Shown in pieces: positions 17,740 through 28,026 of a DNA stretch of 64,000 nucleotides. The DNA is from an uncultured Christensenellaceae bacterium (GTDB lineage: Bacteria; Bacillota; Clostridia; Christensenellales; CAG-314). The notes below the pieces were generated by a model. That model had not been told where the DNA came from and ran no database searches. It worked only from the letters and a program-made list of their open reading frames with translations. Where the stretch lies: positions 43,529-107,528 of the forward strand of contig CAJUIZ010000004.1 of the NCBI GenBank assembly GCA_910586625.1. Direction: 5' to 3'. Position 1 is the stretch's first letter. Each line of letters opens with the position of its first letter. The position numbers and the translations under genes were made by a program.

Positions 17740-19437
17740 ATGGCATACGACGCTTTGAGCCTGAGCGTACTTGTAAAGGAATTTCAGGATACGCTGACAG
17801 GCGGAAAAATAACCAAAATATACCAACCGGAAAAGGACGAAATAGTTTTGTACGTATTTAATAAGCAAAGCTATAAGTTGCTTATTTCCGCTAACGCGGG
17901 GGTTAACCGTATTCATTTGACTTCCGCCAATTTCGACAACCCTAAAACCGCGCCGTCGTTTTGTATGCTGCTGCGCAAGCATCTTACAGGGGCGGAAATC
18001 GTATCGGTAAGCCAAATGCCATACGAGCGAGTTGCGGAATTTTCGCTTACGGTATCGGACGATTTGGGCTACAAGCGAAATATGAAGCTGATATTCGAGC
18101 TGACGGGCAAAACGTCCAATATTATTCTTACGGACGGCGAATACTGCATTTTGGACAGTATTAAACATCTTCCGCAAGATCTTGACAGCAAACGGATAAT
18201 TATGTCGGGAGTACAATACCGTTTTTTTCTTCCGCAAAATAAAATTTCGCCGTTCGACTACCAACGGATAAACGCATTCCTTGCGGAGACGCGACTGCCG
18301 CTGCGCAAGGCTATGGCCGAAGCGTTGCTCGGAGTATCAACGGCTACCGTAAACGAGCTTCTGTGGGGGATAGACGAAAACGACCATACCGAGACCAATA
18401 ACGCAAGAATATCGGACAGAATAAAAGAGTATCAACGCGGCATAAATAACCCGCGTCCCAACGTTACGCTGAAAGGCGGAGCGCCGACGGACGTATGTCC
18501 ATTCGAATACCGTTCTGTAAAGGGGGATAAAATCTTTTACCCCACTCTCAACCAAGCGCACGACGCTTACTACCTTCTGTTAGACAAATCGCAACGCTTT
18601 ACAAGTAAAGCAAAATCCGTTTCGACGATAGTTAAAAACGCAGTTTCGCGTACGGAAAAAAAGCTCGCCATACAGCGGCAAAGCGTATTGGAAGCGGAAA
18701 ACCGCGAATTATTCAAGCAATACGGCGACCTGATTTTGTCAAACATCTGGCAAATTAAAGCCGACGACGACAAACTGATTTGCTTCGATTATTACACAAA
18801 CGCCGAAACGGAGATTCCGCTGGACAAGACGCTTACGCCGCAGCAAAACGCGCAAGCCTACTACAAAAAATACCGTAAACTGAAGTCGTCCGCAGAACAT
18901 AACGCCAAGCTTGTCGAAGAAAACGAAAAACTGTTAGAGTATCTTGTTACAATTAAAGAAAGCCTTAAATACTGCAACGAAGCTGACGACCTTGCTCAAA
19001 TACGCGAAGAACTGGTAACGCTTGGGCTGATAAAGGAACCGCAAAATAAAAAAAAGTCGGATACGCCGATTAAGCCGCTGCGCTACGAAATAGACGGATA
19101 CACCGTTTACGTAGGCAAAAACAATGCGCAAAATAACTACGTCACGTTTAAGTCGGCAAAACCGTCCGATATATGGCTGCATACGCAGAAAATACACTCG
19201 TCGCACGTAATTATAGTAAACGACAGGCAGGGCGAAGTGCCGCTCGATACAATTGTAAAATGCGCGGAAATATGCGCTTACTATTCGCAGGCGAACGGCG
19301 GAGGCAAAATACCCGTAGACTACACCGCCAAAGCCAACGTAAAAAAGCCGCCCAAGGCACCCCTTGGTTACGTTATTTACAATACCTACCAAACGGTTAT
19401 AGTGGAGCCGAACAGACGGGTAGGCGAGCTGAAATAA
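17740..19437 (+). CDS. rqcH: Ribosome quality control protein RqcH (NFACT family, FbpA-like)
   Basis: 565 aa. NFACT-N sequence closely resembling B. subtilis RqcH/YloA (GGKITKIYQP..., FCMLLRKHL, TSNIILTD) and C-terminal NFACT-R (DIWLHTQKIHSSHVII). Confidence 0.85.
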   Translation: MAYDALSLSVLVKEFQDTLTGGKITKIYQPEKDEIVLYVFNKQSYKLLISANAGVNRIHLTSANFDNPKTAPSFCMLLRKHLTGAEIVSVSQMPYERVAEFSLTVSDDLGYKRNMKLIFELTGKTSNIILTDGEYCILDSIKHLPQDLDSKRIIMSGVQYRFFLPQNKISPFDYQRINAFLAETRLPLRKAMAEALLGVSTATVNELLWGIDENDHTETNNARISDRIKEYQRGINNPRPNVTLKGGAPTDVCPFEYRSVKGDKIFYPTLNQAHDAYYLLLDKSQRFTSKAKSVSTIVKNAVSRTEKKLAIQRQSVLEAENRELFKQYGDLILSNIWQIKADDDKLICFDYYTNAETEIPLDKTLTPQQNAQAYYKKYRKLKSSAEHNAKLVEENEKLLEYLVTIKESLKYCNEADDLAQIREELVTLGLIKEPQNKKKSDTPIKPLRYEIDGYTVYVGKNNAQNNYVTFKSAKPSDIWLHTQKIHSSHVIIVNDRQGEVPLDTIVKCAEICAYYSQANGGGKIPVDYTAKANVKKPPKAPLGYVIYNTYQTVIVEPNRRVGELK

Positions 19438-19472
19438 CGCGCTGAGAGCAAAATATAAATCGCCGTAAGACA

Positions 19473-19512
19473 AAAGCGGCGGCTTGATAATGCAAGCCGC
19501 CGCTTTAATTTA
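19473..19512. terminator. Bidirectional terminator between convergent rqcH and the carbamoyltransferase-like gene
   Basis: 14-bp stem AAAGCGGCGGCTTG/CAAGCCGCCGCTTT (19473-19486 / 19493-19506) with A/T tracts on both sides. Confidence 0.6.
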
Positions 19513-19668
19513 TAATTGTGTTATCCGTTTATTTTGTAATCGGTTAAAACGAATTACATTACAAGCACGATAACCGTTCTTACTACAATTCCTTATGATT
19601 TACTCCGCAAACGAAGCATTTCTCTTCGTAGTCGTCCATTTGATACCCGTAGGTACAGTATTGACAAT

Positions 19669-20505
19669 TTATCCGCGATGAATAAGGTATAATACCGCCA
19701 TTGCTACGGAAACGTAGCTTACGTCCCGCGCGGCGACAGCGTTGTACGGATAATCCTTGACGCCGATACGGTCCACCACGCTGTCCGTACCTAAAAGCGG
19801 ACAGTTGATACGCGCTTTATCCATCAACGCTTCGGATATTCCCCCTGCCGTACCGTAATACTTTGCGGGAGCGGAAAAGGGCGACAAGCCTATGTCGATG
19901 ACCGCGTCGGCTCCGGCAAACGCCGACTCCGCCTTGTCGATTACTATTCCTTTACGCTGCGTTGCAAAATCGTCTGCGGGCAAATACCACAACAGAGTAG
20001 AGCCGTATTGCTGCAGGCAGTAAGCCAACTCGTTTAATTTGTTGGTTTCCTTGTTGCCAACTGCCAAAACAGACAGATTTTGCAAACCGTCCAATTTTCC
20101 GTTTAGCGTCATAAGGTCGGCAAGCGCGCCTATCGGGTCGTACTGACCGGAGCCGCCGTTGATTACGCCGCACTTACTTTTACTTGCGAAAGTTTTGGCA
20201 AGATTGTCGTTTTCGCAGGATATGACAACTACGTTTGCGCCCATATTGTCCAACAGACGGCACTGCTCGTACAAATCTTCCGCGCCGAATACGGGACAAG
20301 CCGTCCCCGACAAGTAGCCTGCGGCAAGCGAAAACGCCGTAGACGAAGCACAGGGCTTATCCCATACTCCCGCAACAGTACTGCCGATAAGCTGCGGTCC
20401 CTTCTTGTAGCTGTTGGTTACAATACGGCGCATCTGTGCGGCGATTTCCAAAATGTTGTTTATTTCGTTTTTGTTTAAGTCCGTTAAAGACAGAAGATGC
20501 TTCAT
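19669..20505 (-). CDS. Aspartate/ornithine carbamoyltransferase-fold protein lacking the canonical catalytic motifs
   Basis: 278 aa. The N-terminus MKHLLSLTDLNKNEINNILEIA resembles PyrB. The STRTR motif is replaced by CASSTAF, HPTQ by YDPIG and HPxP by NCPL. ATGA overlap with the rluD stop. Confidence 0.55.
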   Translation of the reverse strand: MKHLLSLTDLNKNEINNILEIAAQMRRIVTNSYKKGPQLIGSTVAGVWDKPCASSTAFSLAAGYLSGTACPVFGAEDLYEQCRLLDNMGANVVVISCENDNLAKTFASKSKCGVINGGSGQYDPIGALADLMTLNGKLDGLQNLSVLAVGNKETNKLNELAYCLQQYGSTLLWYLPADDFATQRKGIVIDKAESAFAGADAVIDIGLSPFSAPAKYYGTAGGISEALMDKARINCPLLGTDSVVDRIGVKDYPYNAVAARDVSYVSVAMAVLYLIHRG

Positions 20506-21422
20506 AAAGTCTCCTTGGATTTATTTCTAAGCGTTGCTAAAACTTTTTCAAAATAATCGGGCAGCGGCGCGGTAAAGCTCATACGCTCGCCCGAAACGGG
20601 GTGAGTAAATTCCAACCTTTGCGCGTGCAGCAACTGTCCGCTAAGATTAAAACGGCAGTTTTTGAAGCCGTACGTTTTGTCTCCTACAACGGGATGCCCC
20701 AAGTGTTTTGCGTGTACGCGTATCTGATGAGTACGTCCAGTTTTAAGCTCGAAGCGTACGAGAGTGTACGCGCCGTACCGTTCCAACACTTCGTAGTGAG
20801 TTACGGCGTTTCGTCCGTCCGCCACTACGTCCATTTTTTTGCGGTCAATCTTGCTGCGGCCGATGGGCTTATCGATAACGCCGTTATCCGACTTGACGTT
20901 GCCTTCCAAAAGAGCGAGATATATGCGGCGGCAATCTTTACACTGAATCTGCCGCTGCAGCTCAACATGGGCGAAGTCGTTTTTCGCAACGACCAACAAG
21001 CCGCTGGTATCCTTGTCCAGTCGGTGGACTATTCCGGGGCGGAGCACGCCGTTGATACCCGACAAGTCCGTGATATTGTACAACAGCGCGTTGACAAGAG
21101 TGTCGGTATTGACGCCGTTTGCAGGATGAACAGTCAGTCCCTGCTGCTTGTTGATTACCGCAATATCCGCGTCCTGATACACTATGTCGATAGGAATGTC
21201 CTGCGCGGGAACGTCCAGTTCCGTTTCGTCGGGCAAAGTTACGATAATGACCGAATCCTGCGTTACTTCCGCCGAAGGCTTGGTTACGATTTGCCCGTTT
21301 ACGGTTACCGAGCAACCTTCTATCAGCCTTTGCGCGCGGCTGCGCGTTATCCCGCCGTTATCCGAAACGCAAACGTCCAAGCGGCGGTAGTAAGAATCAG
21401 CCGTTAGATTTATCGTTTTCAT
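20502..21422 (-). CDS. rluD: RluA-family 23S rRNA pseudouridine synthase (RluD-like)
   Basis: 306 aa. S4 domain plus catalytic HRLDKDTSGLLVVAK motif. Confidence 0.9.
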   Translation of the reverse strand: MKTINLTADSYYRRLDVCVSDNGGITRSRAQRLIEGCSVTVNGQIVTKPSAEVTQDSVIIVTLPDETELDVPAQDIPIDIVYQDADIAVINKQQGLTVHPANGVNTDTLVNALLYNITDLSGINGVLRPGIVHRLDKDTSGLLVVAKNDFAHVELQRQIQCKDCRRIYLALLEGNVKSDNGVIDKPIGRSKIDRKKMDVVADGRNAVTHYEVLERYGAYTLVRFELKTGRTHQIRVHAKHLGHPVVGDKTYGFKNCRFNLSGQLLHAQRLEFTHPVSGERMSFTAPLPDYFEKVLATLRNKSKETL

Positions 21423-22092
21423 CTTGCTGCTCCGCTTCGTCTTGCGGTTGAATTGAAATAGGCTCGTTCGGCTGTGCGCCGTCGGCGGCGTCTTCGCGAG
21501 TTATTTCATCGGAAGGACTTGTTTGAACGCCGTCCTTCGCCTTTTTGCGTTCGGCAAGTAACATAGCGAGCAAACTGTCGGGATCGAAAAACACTATCGC
21601 CAGCAAGGCTAATATTACGCCCACAACCAAAAAGCTGTCCGCCATATTGAATATGCCGAAGAAATTTTCCACGCGTACAAAGTCGCGCACTGCGCCTGTG
21701 AAAAAGCCATCCTTGGCAAGAAAAAGTCTGTCTATCGCGTTACCCAACGTTCCGCCGATAATAAAGGAGAACGCCACCTGCCCCCATACGCTGCGCGTAC
21801 GGCTGCGGTACAGCATATATCCGAATACGGGCAGTCCCACAACCGTCATTACGAAGAACAAAATATTGCGCCCCTTCATACCGGAAAAAATACCGCCCGT
21901 TGCCCCGTCGTTTGTAGTCCACACAAGCGTGAGCCAATCGCCCAATATGCGTATTCGATGCCCTTCGGCATTGGCTACCGCTATCTCGATAAAATGCTTT
22001 GTCAACTGGTCGATAATTACGCACACGACTATTACGCCGACGTAAATCAGCCAAAATATCCAAGGTCTTAAATTGTTTATCCGTTGTTTCAT
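21397..22092 (-). CDS. lspA: Lipoprotein signal peptidase II with an acidic C-terminal tail
   Basis: 231 aa. TM helices and conserved N..DG.TG / NAIDRL / DF motifs. Confidence 0.85.
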   Translation of the reverse strand: MKQRINNLRPWIFWLIYVGVIVVCVIIDQLTKHFIEIAVANAEGHRIRILGDWLTLVWTTNDGATGGIFSGMKGRNILFFVMTVVGLPVFGYMLYRSRTRSVWGQVAFSFIIGGTLGNAIDRLFLAKDGFFTGAVRDFVRVENFFGIFNMADSFLVVGVILALLAIVFFDPDSLLAMLLAERKKAKDGVQTSPSDEITREDAADGAQPNEPISIQPQDEAEQQDENDKSNG

Positions 22093-22098
22093 AATAAT

Positions 22099-23334
22099 TT
22101 ATTTCTTTTTGTCGTCGAATGTAAAAACATCTTCCGCAGGCGGGTTGCCGCCGTCAGTCTTTTTATCGCCGAAAGCGAAAATATTTTCCGCCTGCGGAGT
22201 GGAAAATACGCTGTTATTCTTGACTTCCGCCGTACCTAAAATAGCGTTCTTTTGCAGCTTGCGATAATACAAAACCGCCAAAACCACCAAAATTGCGAAT
22301 ACTACCGCGCAAACAAGCCGCGCCCACCAAGGCTGATACCATACTTTTAGATTGACTAACTGCGCGCGCTGATTGACAGCTACCGTTACGAATTCGTCGT
22401 CCAATACCGTTTGCTCGACGCTGTTTACTACGGCGTTGATTTTGTCGACAAACTGCGCGCCGTTGTATTTGTCCAAATTGTCAAAAGTGTCCTGCGCGGA
22501 GTTCATAACGTTTTTATTCGGATCTTTGCTTTCGGCGTAATTCCACGGTTTCGCGTCGTACGTACCCGAAAAAAACAATGCTGTGGGAATACCCGCCAAA
22601 CGGAAAGGCGTGTGGTCGGAGTTCTGCGGAATCTCCGTATATCCGTAATAATAATTAGCAAGGTTAAACGTACCCTTGGCGTAAGGTTTTTCTCTTAACA
22701 TATCCGACTTGCTTGTTATAAGCTCGGCAAGGTCGGTACGTTTGTTTTCGCACCACAAATACAGATTGTCGCCGTTGGCTATGCTGTCTAAATTGAACAT
22801 TACGAGCGTGTTGTCGATATCCGTTTGCGTCATAGCGGCAAGAAAACTTTGCGAGCCTACAAACCCCGATTCTTCGGCGTCGAACAGCACAAACCGAACG
22901 TCGATCGGTAGCACGTCGGATTTGTAAAGCCTTTGCATAATCATAAGCGCAGCCGCCACTCCCGCGGCGTTATCGCCCGCGCCCTGACCTTCGGCGTCGT
23001 AATGCGCGCCGATAATAATCTGTTTGCCGCAAGAAACCTTGGCAGGCAGCAAAACCGACACATTGTAGCCGAACGTATCGACCAAAGTAAAACGCTGTAC
23101 TTCGGCAGTAATACCGCCGTCGGTAAGTTCTCCGATTTTGTTTTGAAGCCAGATTGCAGTTTGCTCGTTCTTGCCCGCTTGACGGTCGGGAATTTCGTCG
23201 CATATTTCCTTGACAAGAGTATACGCCTGACTGCTTTTATAATCCGCGGCGGAAGTTTCGGCAAAAGCCGCCGTCGTAATCGAACAGGTTAGGACGATAC
23301 TTATAACGATTGCAAATAAAACCGCCTTCTTCAT
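22099..23334 (-). CDS. M28-family metallopeptidase, exported, with a C-terminal TM anchor
   Basis: 411 aa. Signal peptide, GAHYDAEGQGAGDNAAGVAA and FDAEESGFVGSQ metal-ligand motifs, and a late TM helix. Confidence 0.8.
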   Translation of the reverse strand: MKKAVLFAIVISIVLTCSITTAAFAETSAADYKSSQAYTLVKEICDEIPDRQAGKNEQTAIWLQNKIGELTDGGITAEVQRFTLVDTFGYNVSVLLPAKVSCGKQIIIGAHYDAEGQGAGDNAAGVAAALMIMQRLYKSDVLPIDVRFVLFDAEESGFVGSQSFLAAMTQTDIDNTLVMFNLDSIANGDNLYLWCENKRTDLAELITSKSDMLREKPYAKGTFNLANYYYGYTEIPQNSDHTPFRLAGIPTALFFSGTYDAKPWNYAESKDPNKNVMNSAQDTFDNLDKYNGAQFVDKINAVVNSVEQTVLDDEFVTVAVNQRAQLVNLKVWYQPWWARLVCAVVFAILVVLAVLYYRKLQKNAILGTAEVKNNSVFSTPQAENIFAFGDKKTDGGNPPAEDVFTFDDKKK

Positions 23335-23870
23335 AATATCTCCAAAAAGAATATCAACGCCGCCGAAACAACAACGTAGTATTTGAAATAGTTGACTACG
23401 GTTACGTCGTTAAAGTACAATCTTACCGTAACCCTGTAAAATGCAAAGCAGCAGCACACCGACACGACAAAGGGGAACAGTACGCCGCCCCATACGAGAA
23501 GCAACGGCGTTGCAAGATTTATCAAATTAAGCAACCCGTTAGCGAAAAATCCTATTGTAAAAAACAGCAGCAGCAACAATCTGTACTCGGCGCGCGGCAC
23601 TGAATGAATCTTTGCCAAATTAAGAAACACATCGGACAAAAACGGTATCAATAGCATCAAAACCGCTCCCATAAGCGCAGCCGAAGAAAGAGACAGCAAC
23701 AGCACGCCCACTCCGCTTATATCGAGAGTTCCGCCCGTTATCGACTGAAAACTCATATTGTACGCCACGCCTAAAAAGCGCTGCCAATTGCAAAACACAA
23801 ACGCCAATACGAAAGCTATCCGCACCAGCACGTTTGACAAATTGTAGTTGGCTCGTAATTTGTTAAACAC
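23331..23870 (-). CDS. Hypothetical polytopic membrane protein
   Basis: 179 aa, about 5 hydrophobic helices, ATGA overlap with the downstream M28 gene. Confidence 0.55.
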   Translation of the reverse strand: MFNKLRANYNLSNVLVRIAFVLAFVFCNWQRFLGVAYNMSFQSITGGTLDISGVGVLLLSLSSAALMGAVLMLLIPFLSDVFLNLAKIHSVPRAEYRLLLLLFFTIGFFANGLLNLINLATPLLLVWGGVLFPFVVSVCCCFAFYRVTVRLYFNDVTVVNYFKYYVVVSAALIFFLEIL

Positions 23871-23882
23871 AACAGTTTCTCC

Positions 23883-24836
23883 TTATAAAGACACAAGCTG
23901 CATAATAAGCGCATTCATCACTTCGTTTTCGTCCAAAAACGCTTTGAGCTTCAAGTCGGCTTGTTCGAAATATTTCAGCGCTTTATTCAGTTGCATAGGC
24001 TTGTAGCGTTTTGCGGTATCCTTGGCAAAGCCGACAGCCGCAGACTTGACGTTGAGATAATTCGCCGTTTCTTCGGTAGAAAAATCCGAAGTTTTGACGT
24101 AATAAACGCGGCGGTAAAAATTATACAGCAAAGCGAACAGCGAACGCGCTTCTTCGCCGCGGGTAAGCAATCCGCGGTAAGTTTCCACCGCCTTGCCCGC
24201 GTTTTTGTCGGCTATCAGCTGCGACAAATCGTATACTACGTACTCCGCGTCTTTGTGCACCAGCCGTTCTACCGACTCGTTGGAAAACTCGCCGTAATCG
24301 AGCAGCTTTTGCGTTTCGACGGACACGCGGGACATATCGTTAAGACAATAAACCGCCAACTTCTCGGCGCACAGCTTGTCCACAGACACTTGACTGCGCT
24401 TGCAGAAAGACAAAATCCATTTGGTAACGCTGTCCTTATCCAAGTGATTGCAGTTGACCTTTTCTACGCCTTCGACGTCGAAGCCCTTGTCCGAATCGGT
24501 TACAAAAACAAGACAAAAGTCGCCGTCGTATCGCTTTAACAGCTCGGCGAGCCGCTTCTGTTCTGCCTTGAGCTTTGCGCCTTCGGAAAAAGCGAATCCT
24601 TCGCACACCACAAGCTTTTTATCGGCAAAAAGCCCCCGAGTCATACACGCAATCTCCATTTCAGCAATACTCGGCGATTCCAAGCGATCGACCGAAAAGC
24701 CGTCGTCGACAACGCCCGACGCTTCGCATACGTAGCTGACCGCTCTGCGCTTTACCCAATCGTCGTTACCGTACAGGCACAGACAAGGGTAGTCGTTGTT
24801 TTTGAGTTTTTCTTTGAGTTCGAGAAACCTTATCAC
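23883..24836 (-). CDS. holA: DNA polymerase III delta subunit
   Basis: 317 aa. Typical HolA length and sequence, and a position downstream of comEC as in many Firmicutes. Confidence 0.75.
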   Translation of the reverse strand: MIRFLELKEKLKNNDYPCLCLYGNDDWVKRRAVSYVCEASGVVDDGFSVDRLESPSIAEMEIACMTRGLFADKKLVVCEGFAFSEGAKLKAEQKRLAELLKRYDGDFCLVFVTDSDKGFDVEGVEKVNCNHLDKDSVTKWILSFCKRSQVSVDKLCAEKLAVYCLNDMSRVSVETQKLLDYGEFSNESVERLVHKDAEYVVYDLSQLIADKNAGKAVETYRGLLTRGEEARSLFALLYNFYRRVYYVKTSDFSTEETANYLNVKSAAVGFAKDTAKRYKPMQLNKALKYFEQADLKLKAFLDENEVMNALIMQLVSL

Positions 24837-24846
24837 AATATCCCCC

Positions 24847-26988
24847 CTATCTGAATCTGAGTTTTATTGTACCACCTTTTTGTTCGATTGTAAAGTTCCC
24901 GTACTTATTTGCGCCGTAATTATGGACTCTTGACGTTTGATATCTGCTAAGCGTCGTATGCGCAGCTTCCGATTCGACATAATCCGCGTCGGCGAGAGCG
25001 TAAACGTCCGCATAATCCACCACGCTTACCAAGTCGGCGGCAAAGGCGGAATCGCCGTATATCAAAGCAACGTCCAGTTCGCCGCAAGTTACAGTTACGC
25101 CTGCCAATACGCCGTTATACAGCGAACGCGTCGTAATAACGCCGCCGCTAACCGTATTCTTGGCTTGCCTGACAACGGTAATACCGTTGTCTTTCATAAA
25201 CTCGTCCGCTTGGGCGTTATAGGAAGAATCCAAAACATACGCCTTGTCTATCGGCAAACAATCCAAAAACATCTGCAAATTGCTTAGCTTGCAGGACTTG
25301 TAATCGGTAAAATATAAAACGCAAGATTTTACCTTGTACTTTCTTGCGTAGTCCGACGCTTCTGCCGCGGCGTAAGCGTCGTTAAATTCGCCTACGATTA
25401 CCATATCCCCGTCCGTCGAAGTAACCGTAACTATGCAATCGTCGTAGCCGTAGCAAACGTATGCTTGATTATTCGGCGCGTACTTGACAAACGAAGCGCA
25501 CACGCAAGCCGCCATAGCCGCAAAACACAGCGAATGGGCAATAACTTTGCCTATTTTGCCAAGATTGACGTAGCCGCCTGCGATAAAACACCATATAGTG
25601 GCGACTATTACGCACAAAGCCGTAGCAAACGCCGTAACGGACGAAAACGGCAGCTCTCCCACGGCAACCGACAGCGAATATAAGCCTGTCAAAACCATAT
25701 CCGCCGAATACAAAACGTAATGGAATACCCACGGAAGAAGCCCGACTAAGCCTACGACGAAAGCGAAAGTTACTATTGGAATCGCCACTAAATTTACCAA
25801 TACCCCGAGAGTCGGAATTTTGCCGAAATTGACAGCTACGGTAAAGACTGTTGACAGCGAACAAGACGCGGACAGGGTAAGCGAGTTGACAATATAACGC
25901 GCGAAACTCGGTATTCGTCTGCGACGCAAAAATCTGTCCGCCTGCGAATACAGCGCGGCTATACCGAATACGGACAGTGCGGACAGTTGAAAACCCACGT
26001 CGAACAGACTGAACGGCGATAATACGAGTATAACCGCAACCGCCCAAGACAGAGAAGTCAACAAATCGTATCTGCCGTACGCCGTTCGCGCGCAATAACC
26101 GCAACACACCATTATTACCGCCCGAACTACGGACGGTGTGAAATTACAAACGTAAGCGTAAAAAATCAGCGGAACTGTAACCAACGCCCATTCGACAACG
26201 GGACGCAGACGAAAACGTTTGAAAGCGAAACACAAAAGCGCGACAATAAACCCCACGTGCAATCCGCTTACCGCAAGCAAGTGAATAATACCCGCCTGCG
26301 TAAAGTAGTATTCGACGTTGCTCGGCAGATACGAACGATCGCCCGTAAGCAGCGAATAGCCGATTTCGGAACATATCGGCATATAGTCTTGCACCGTTCG
26401 GCGGATATAGGCGCGAACGCTCTCGCCCACGTTCATCTTGCCCGCGGACACGCTTGTAACCGTCGCTGAAAGCATTTCGTAACGAATTCGGTCGCGAAGA
26501 AGATACGTTTTGTTTTCCGCTTGAATCGGGTAGACGGAATACAACTCTCCCGTGACGCTGACATTGTCGCCAACCGAAATATCTCCGTCGTAGAATACGC
26601 CGATTTTCGTACGCCCCCTATAATTGCGTCCGTCGGCGTCTGTGCAATCTTCCAAATAAAACCTATAAAATCCGTCCGAGCCGTCGCAGTAGTACGCTAC
26701 TCTGCCGCGCAATTCCACGCGTTCGCCAAACGCTTCGTCGGGAGTTAAATTATTGTATGACAGCTGCGCGACGCCGAAGCCCAACAAAAGAAAAACGAGA
26801 ATAACCGCAAAAACGCGATAAGCTTTACTATGTAAAAAAGCGAAAACAGTTCCGCAAGCCAACAGCATAACCGCCGAAACAAGCACGAAATAGAAATCGC
26901 CGAACAACAACTCGTAAAAAGAAAATATGCCCAAAATTATGCCGACGGCTATAAACAGCGAAACGCGGAAGTTGACCGTTTTACGCAT
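24847..26988 (-). CDS. comEC: DNA internalization competence protein ComEC/Rec2
   Basis: 713 aa. Polytopic, with GDRSYLP...AGIIHLLAVSGLHVG competence-domain motif and a C-terminal metallo-beta-lactamase-like region. Confidence 0.85.
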   Translation of the reverse strand: MRKTVNFRVSLFIAVGIILGIFSFYELLFGDFYFVLVSAVMLLACGTVFAFLHSKAYRVFAVILVFLLLGFGVAQLSYNNLTPDEAFGERVELRGRVAYYCDGSDGFYRFYLEDCTDADGRNYRGRTKIGVFYDGDISVGDNVSVTGELYSVYPIQAENKTYLLRDRIRYEMLSATVTSVSAGKMNVGESVRAYIRRTVQDYMPICSEIGYSLLTGDRSYLPSNVEYYFTQAGIIHLLAVSGLHVGFIVALLCFAFKRFRLRPVVEWALVTVPLIFYAYVCNFTPSVVRAVIMVCCGYCARTAYGRYDLLTSLSWAVAVILVLSPFSLFDVGFQLSALSVFGIAALYSQADRFLRRRRIPSFARYIVNSLTLSASCSLSTVFTVAVNFGKIPTLGVLVNLVAIPIVTFAFVVGLVGLLPWVFHYVLYSADMVLTGLYSLSVAVGELPFSSVTAFATALCVIVATIWCFIAGGYVNLGKIGKVIAHSLCFAAMAACVCASFVKYAPNNQAYVCYGYDDCIVTVTSTDGDMVIVGEFNDAYAAAEASDYARKYKVKSCVLYFTDYKSCKLSNLQMFLDCLPIDKAYVLDSSYNAQADEFMKDNGITVVRQAKNTVSGGVITTRSLYNGVLAGVTVTCGELDVALIYGDSAFAADLVSVVDYADVYALADADYVESEAAHTTLSRYQTSRVHNYGANKYGNFTIEQKGGTIKLRFR

Positions 26989-27490
26989 AATCTTGCCTGC
27001 TTATAAAAAATTTGTAGTAATTGTCTTCGTAGTCGTCGCCCAACGCTTGCCGAAGAATATCGCGGTTGGTAATAGTACCGTTGCTTTCCAAAAAGTCGGC
27101 GAGTTTGTTTACGACTCGGTATTCCACGTTCGGTATAGGAATACGCGCGATTATCAACGCTCCGTTTACGTTGACGCTGTTGTAAACCGCGTTGCCTTCC
27201 GTATAATCGACGATTACTTCTAAATTATATGAAGTTATAAAACCCGATAAGTTATCGGGCAAAGCGGATACGCCGTCTATCACCCCCGCGCAATCGTACA
27301 GAGTTGCGTAATCGCTGCCGGCAATAAGAGAAAAACAGCCGTCGTTTTCGACGGCTCCGCTGACATAAATATCGTAATAGGTAGGGGCTTGGGAAATAAC
27401 GTCGCGTTCGACGTAGGTCGCCGAGCAACAGCACAATATAGAACAAGCAACCGTAAGCAAAGCCGTAATCATTGCGACGTTTTTCGTCAT
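26981..27490 (-). CDS. comEA: ComEA-like protein (SLBB domain plus a degenerate helix-hairpin-helix)
   Basis: Preferred start MTKNVAMITALLTVAC at 27490 (SD GGGGTGA). SLBB-like YVSGAVENDGCFSLIAGS. VNVNGA... C-terminal region resembling the ComEA HhH. 8-nt overlap with comEC. Confidence 0.55.
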   Translation of the reverse strand: MTKNVAMITALLTVACSILCCCSATYVERDVISQAPTYYDIYVSGAVENDGCFSLIAGSDYATLYDCAGVIDGVSALPDNLSGFITSYNLEVIVDYTEGNAVYNSVNVNGALIIARIPIPNVEYRVVNKLADFLESNGTITNRDILRQALGDDYEDNYYKFFISRQDYA

Positions 27491-27914
27491 TTGTAAAAAA
27501 TCACCCCGCCATAGCCGTGTTTTACTGTGGTTCAACCTGACAAAAACAGGTGGGTAATCTGCCAAACGTTATCCGTCTTTTACGCGGAGATATCTCGTTG
27601 ACTTTACGCGAAAGCCGTAGTAAACCCGACGTAAACGTTCGGACGCAATCCCCTTTTACGAAACGTAGTTGACGCAAATGTAAAACTTGTCGAGCAAGGC
27701 AGGGTGTGTCGCTTCTTTATTTATTTTTAGTATGGCTTATAAAAATTATTATACTCAACAGCCGAGAGCTCACTTACGTCTATACTAAATCAATTATATG
27801 ATAGTTGCCGGTGCGCAATTTGTCAAGAGATAATAACTATAATATTATTTACTGCATATGTAGGCACTTTGTTAACACTTAAATATAGAATAAAATGCAG
27901 GACGACTTGCTGCC

Positions 27915-27961
27915 GATATAAAACTGTCCAACGAAATTACGATAAACTCCGTCGGACAGTT
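27915..27961 (-). terminator. Terminator hairpin downstream of the aldo/keto reductase gene
   Basis: 12-bp stem AACTGTCCAACG/CGTCGGACAGTT (one mismatch), followed on the minus strand by TTATAT. Confidence 0.45.
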
Positions 27962-28026
27962 CTTAACGTATTATATCAAGCGTTGGTTAAAATACAACAA
28001 AATTTCGGTATGGAAACAGTCTGCCG

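Noticed and set aside
27566-28026. The 460-nt AT-rich intergenic region was scanned for a housekeeping ncRNA (SRP RNA, 6S, RNase P, tmRNA) or a riboswitch.
   Set aside because: I found none of the conserved cores I know (for example GAGGAAAGTCC for RNase P, or the SRP GGAA/AGCA domain IV motif). The only feature is the terminator hairpin at 27922-27961. It probably holds the comEA/comEC promoter region.
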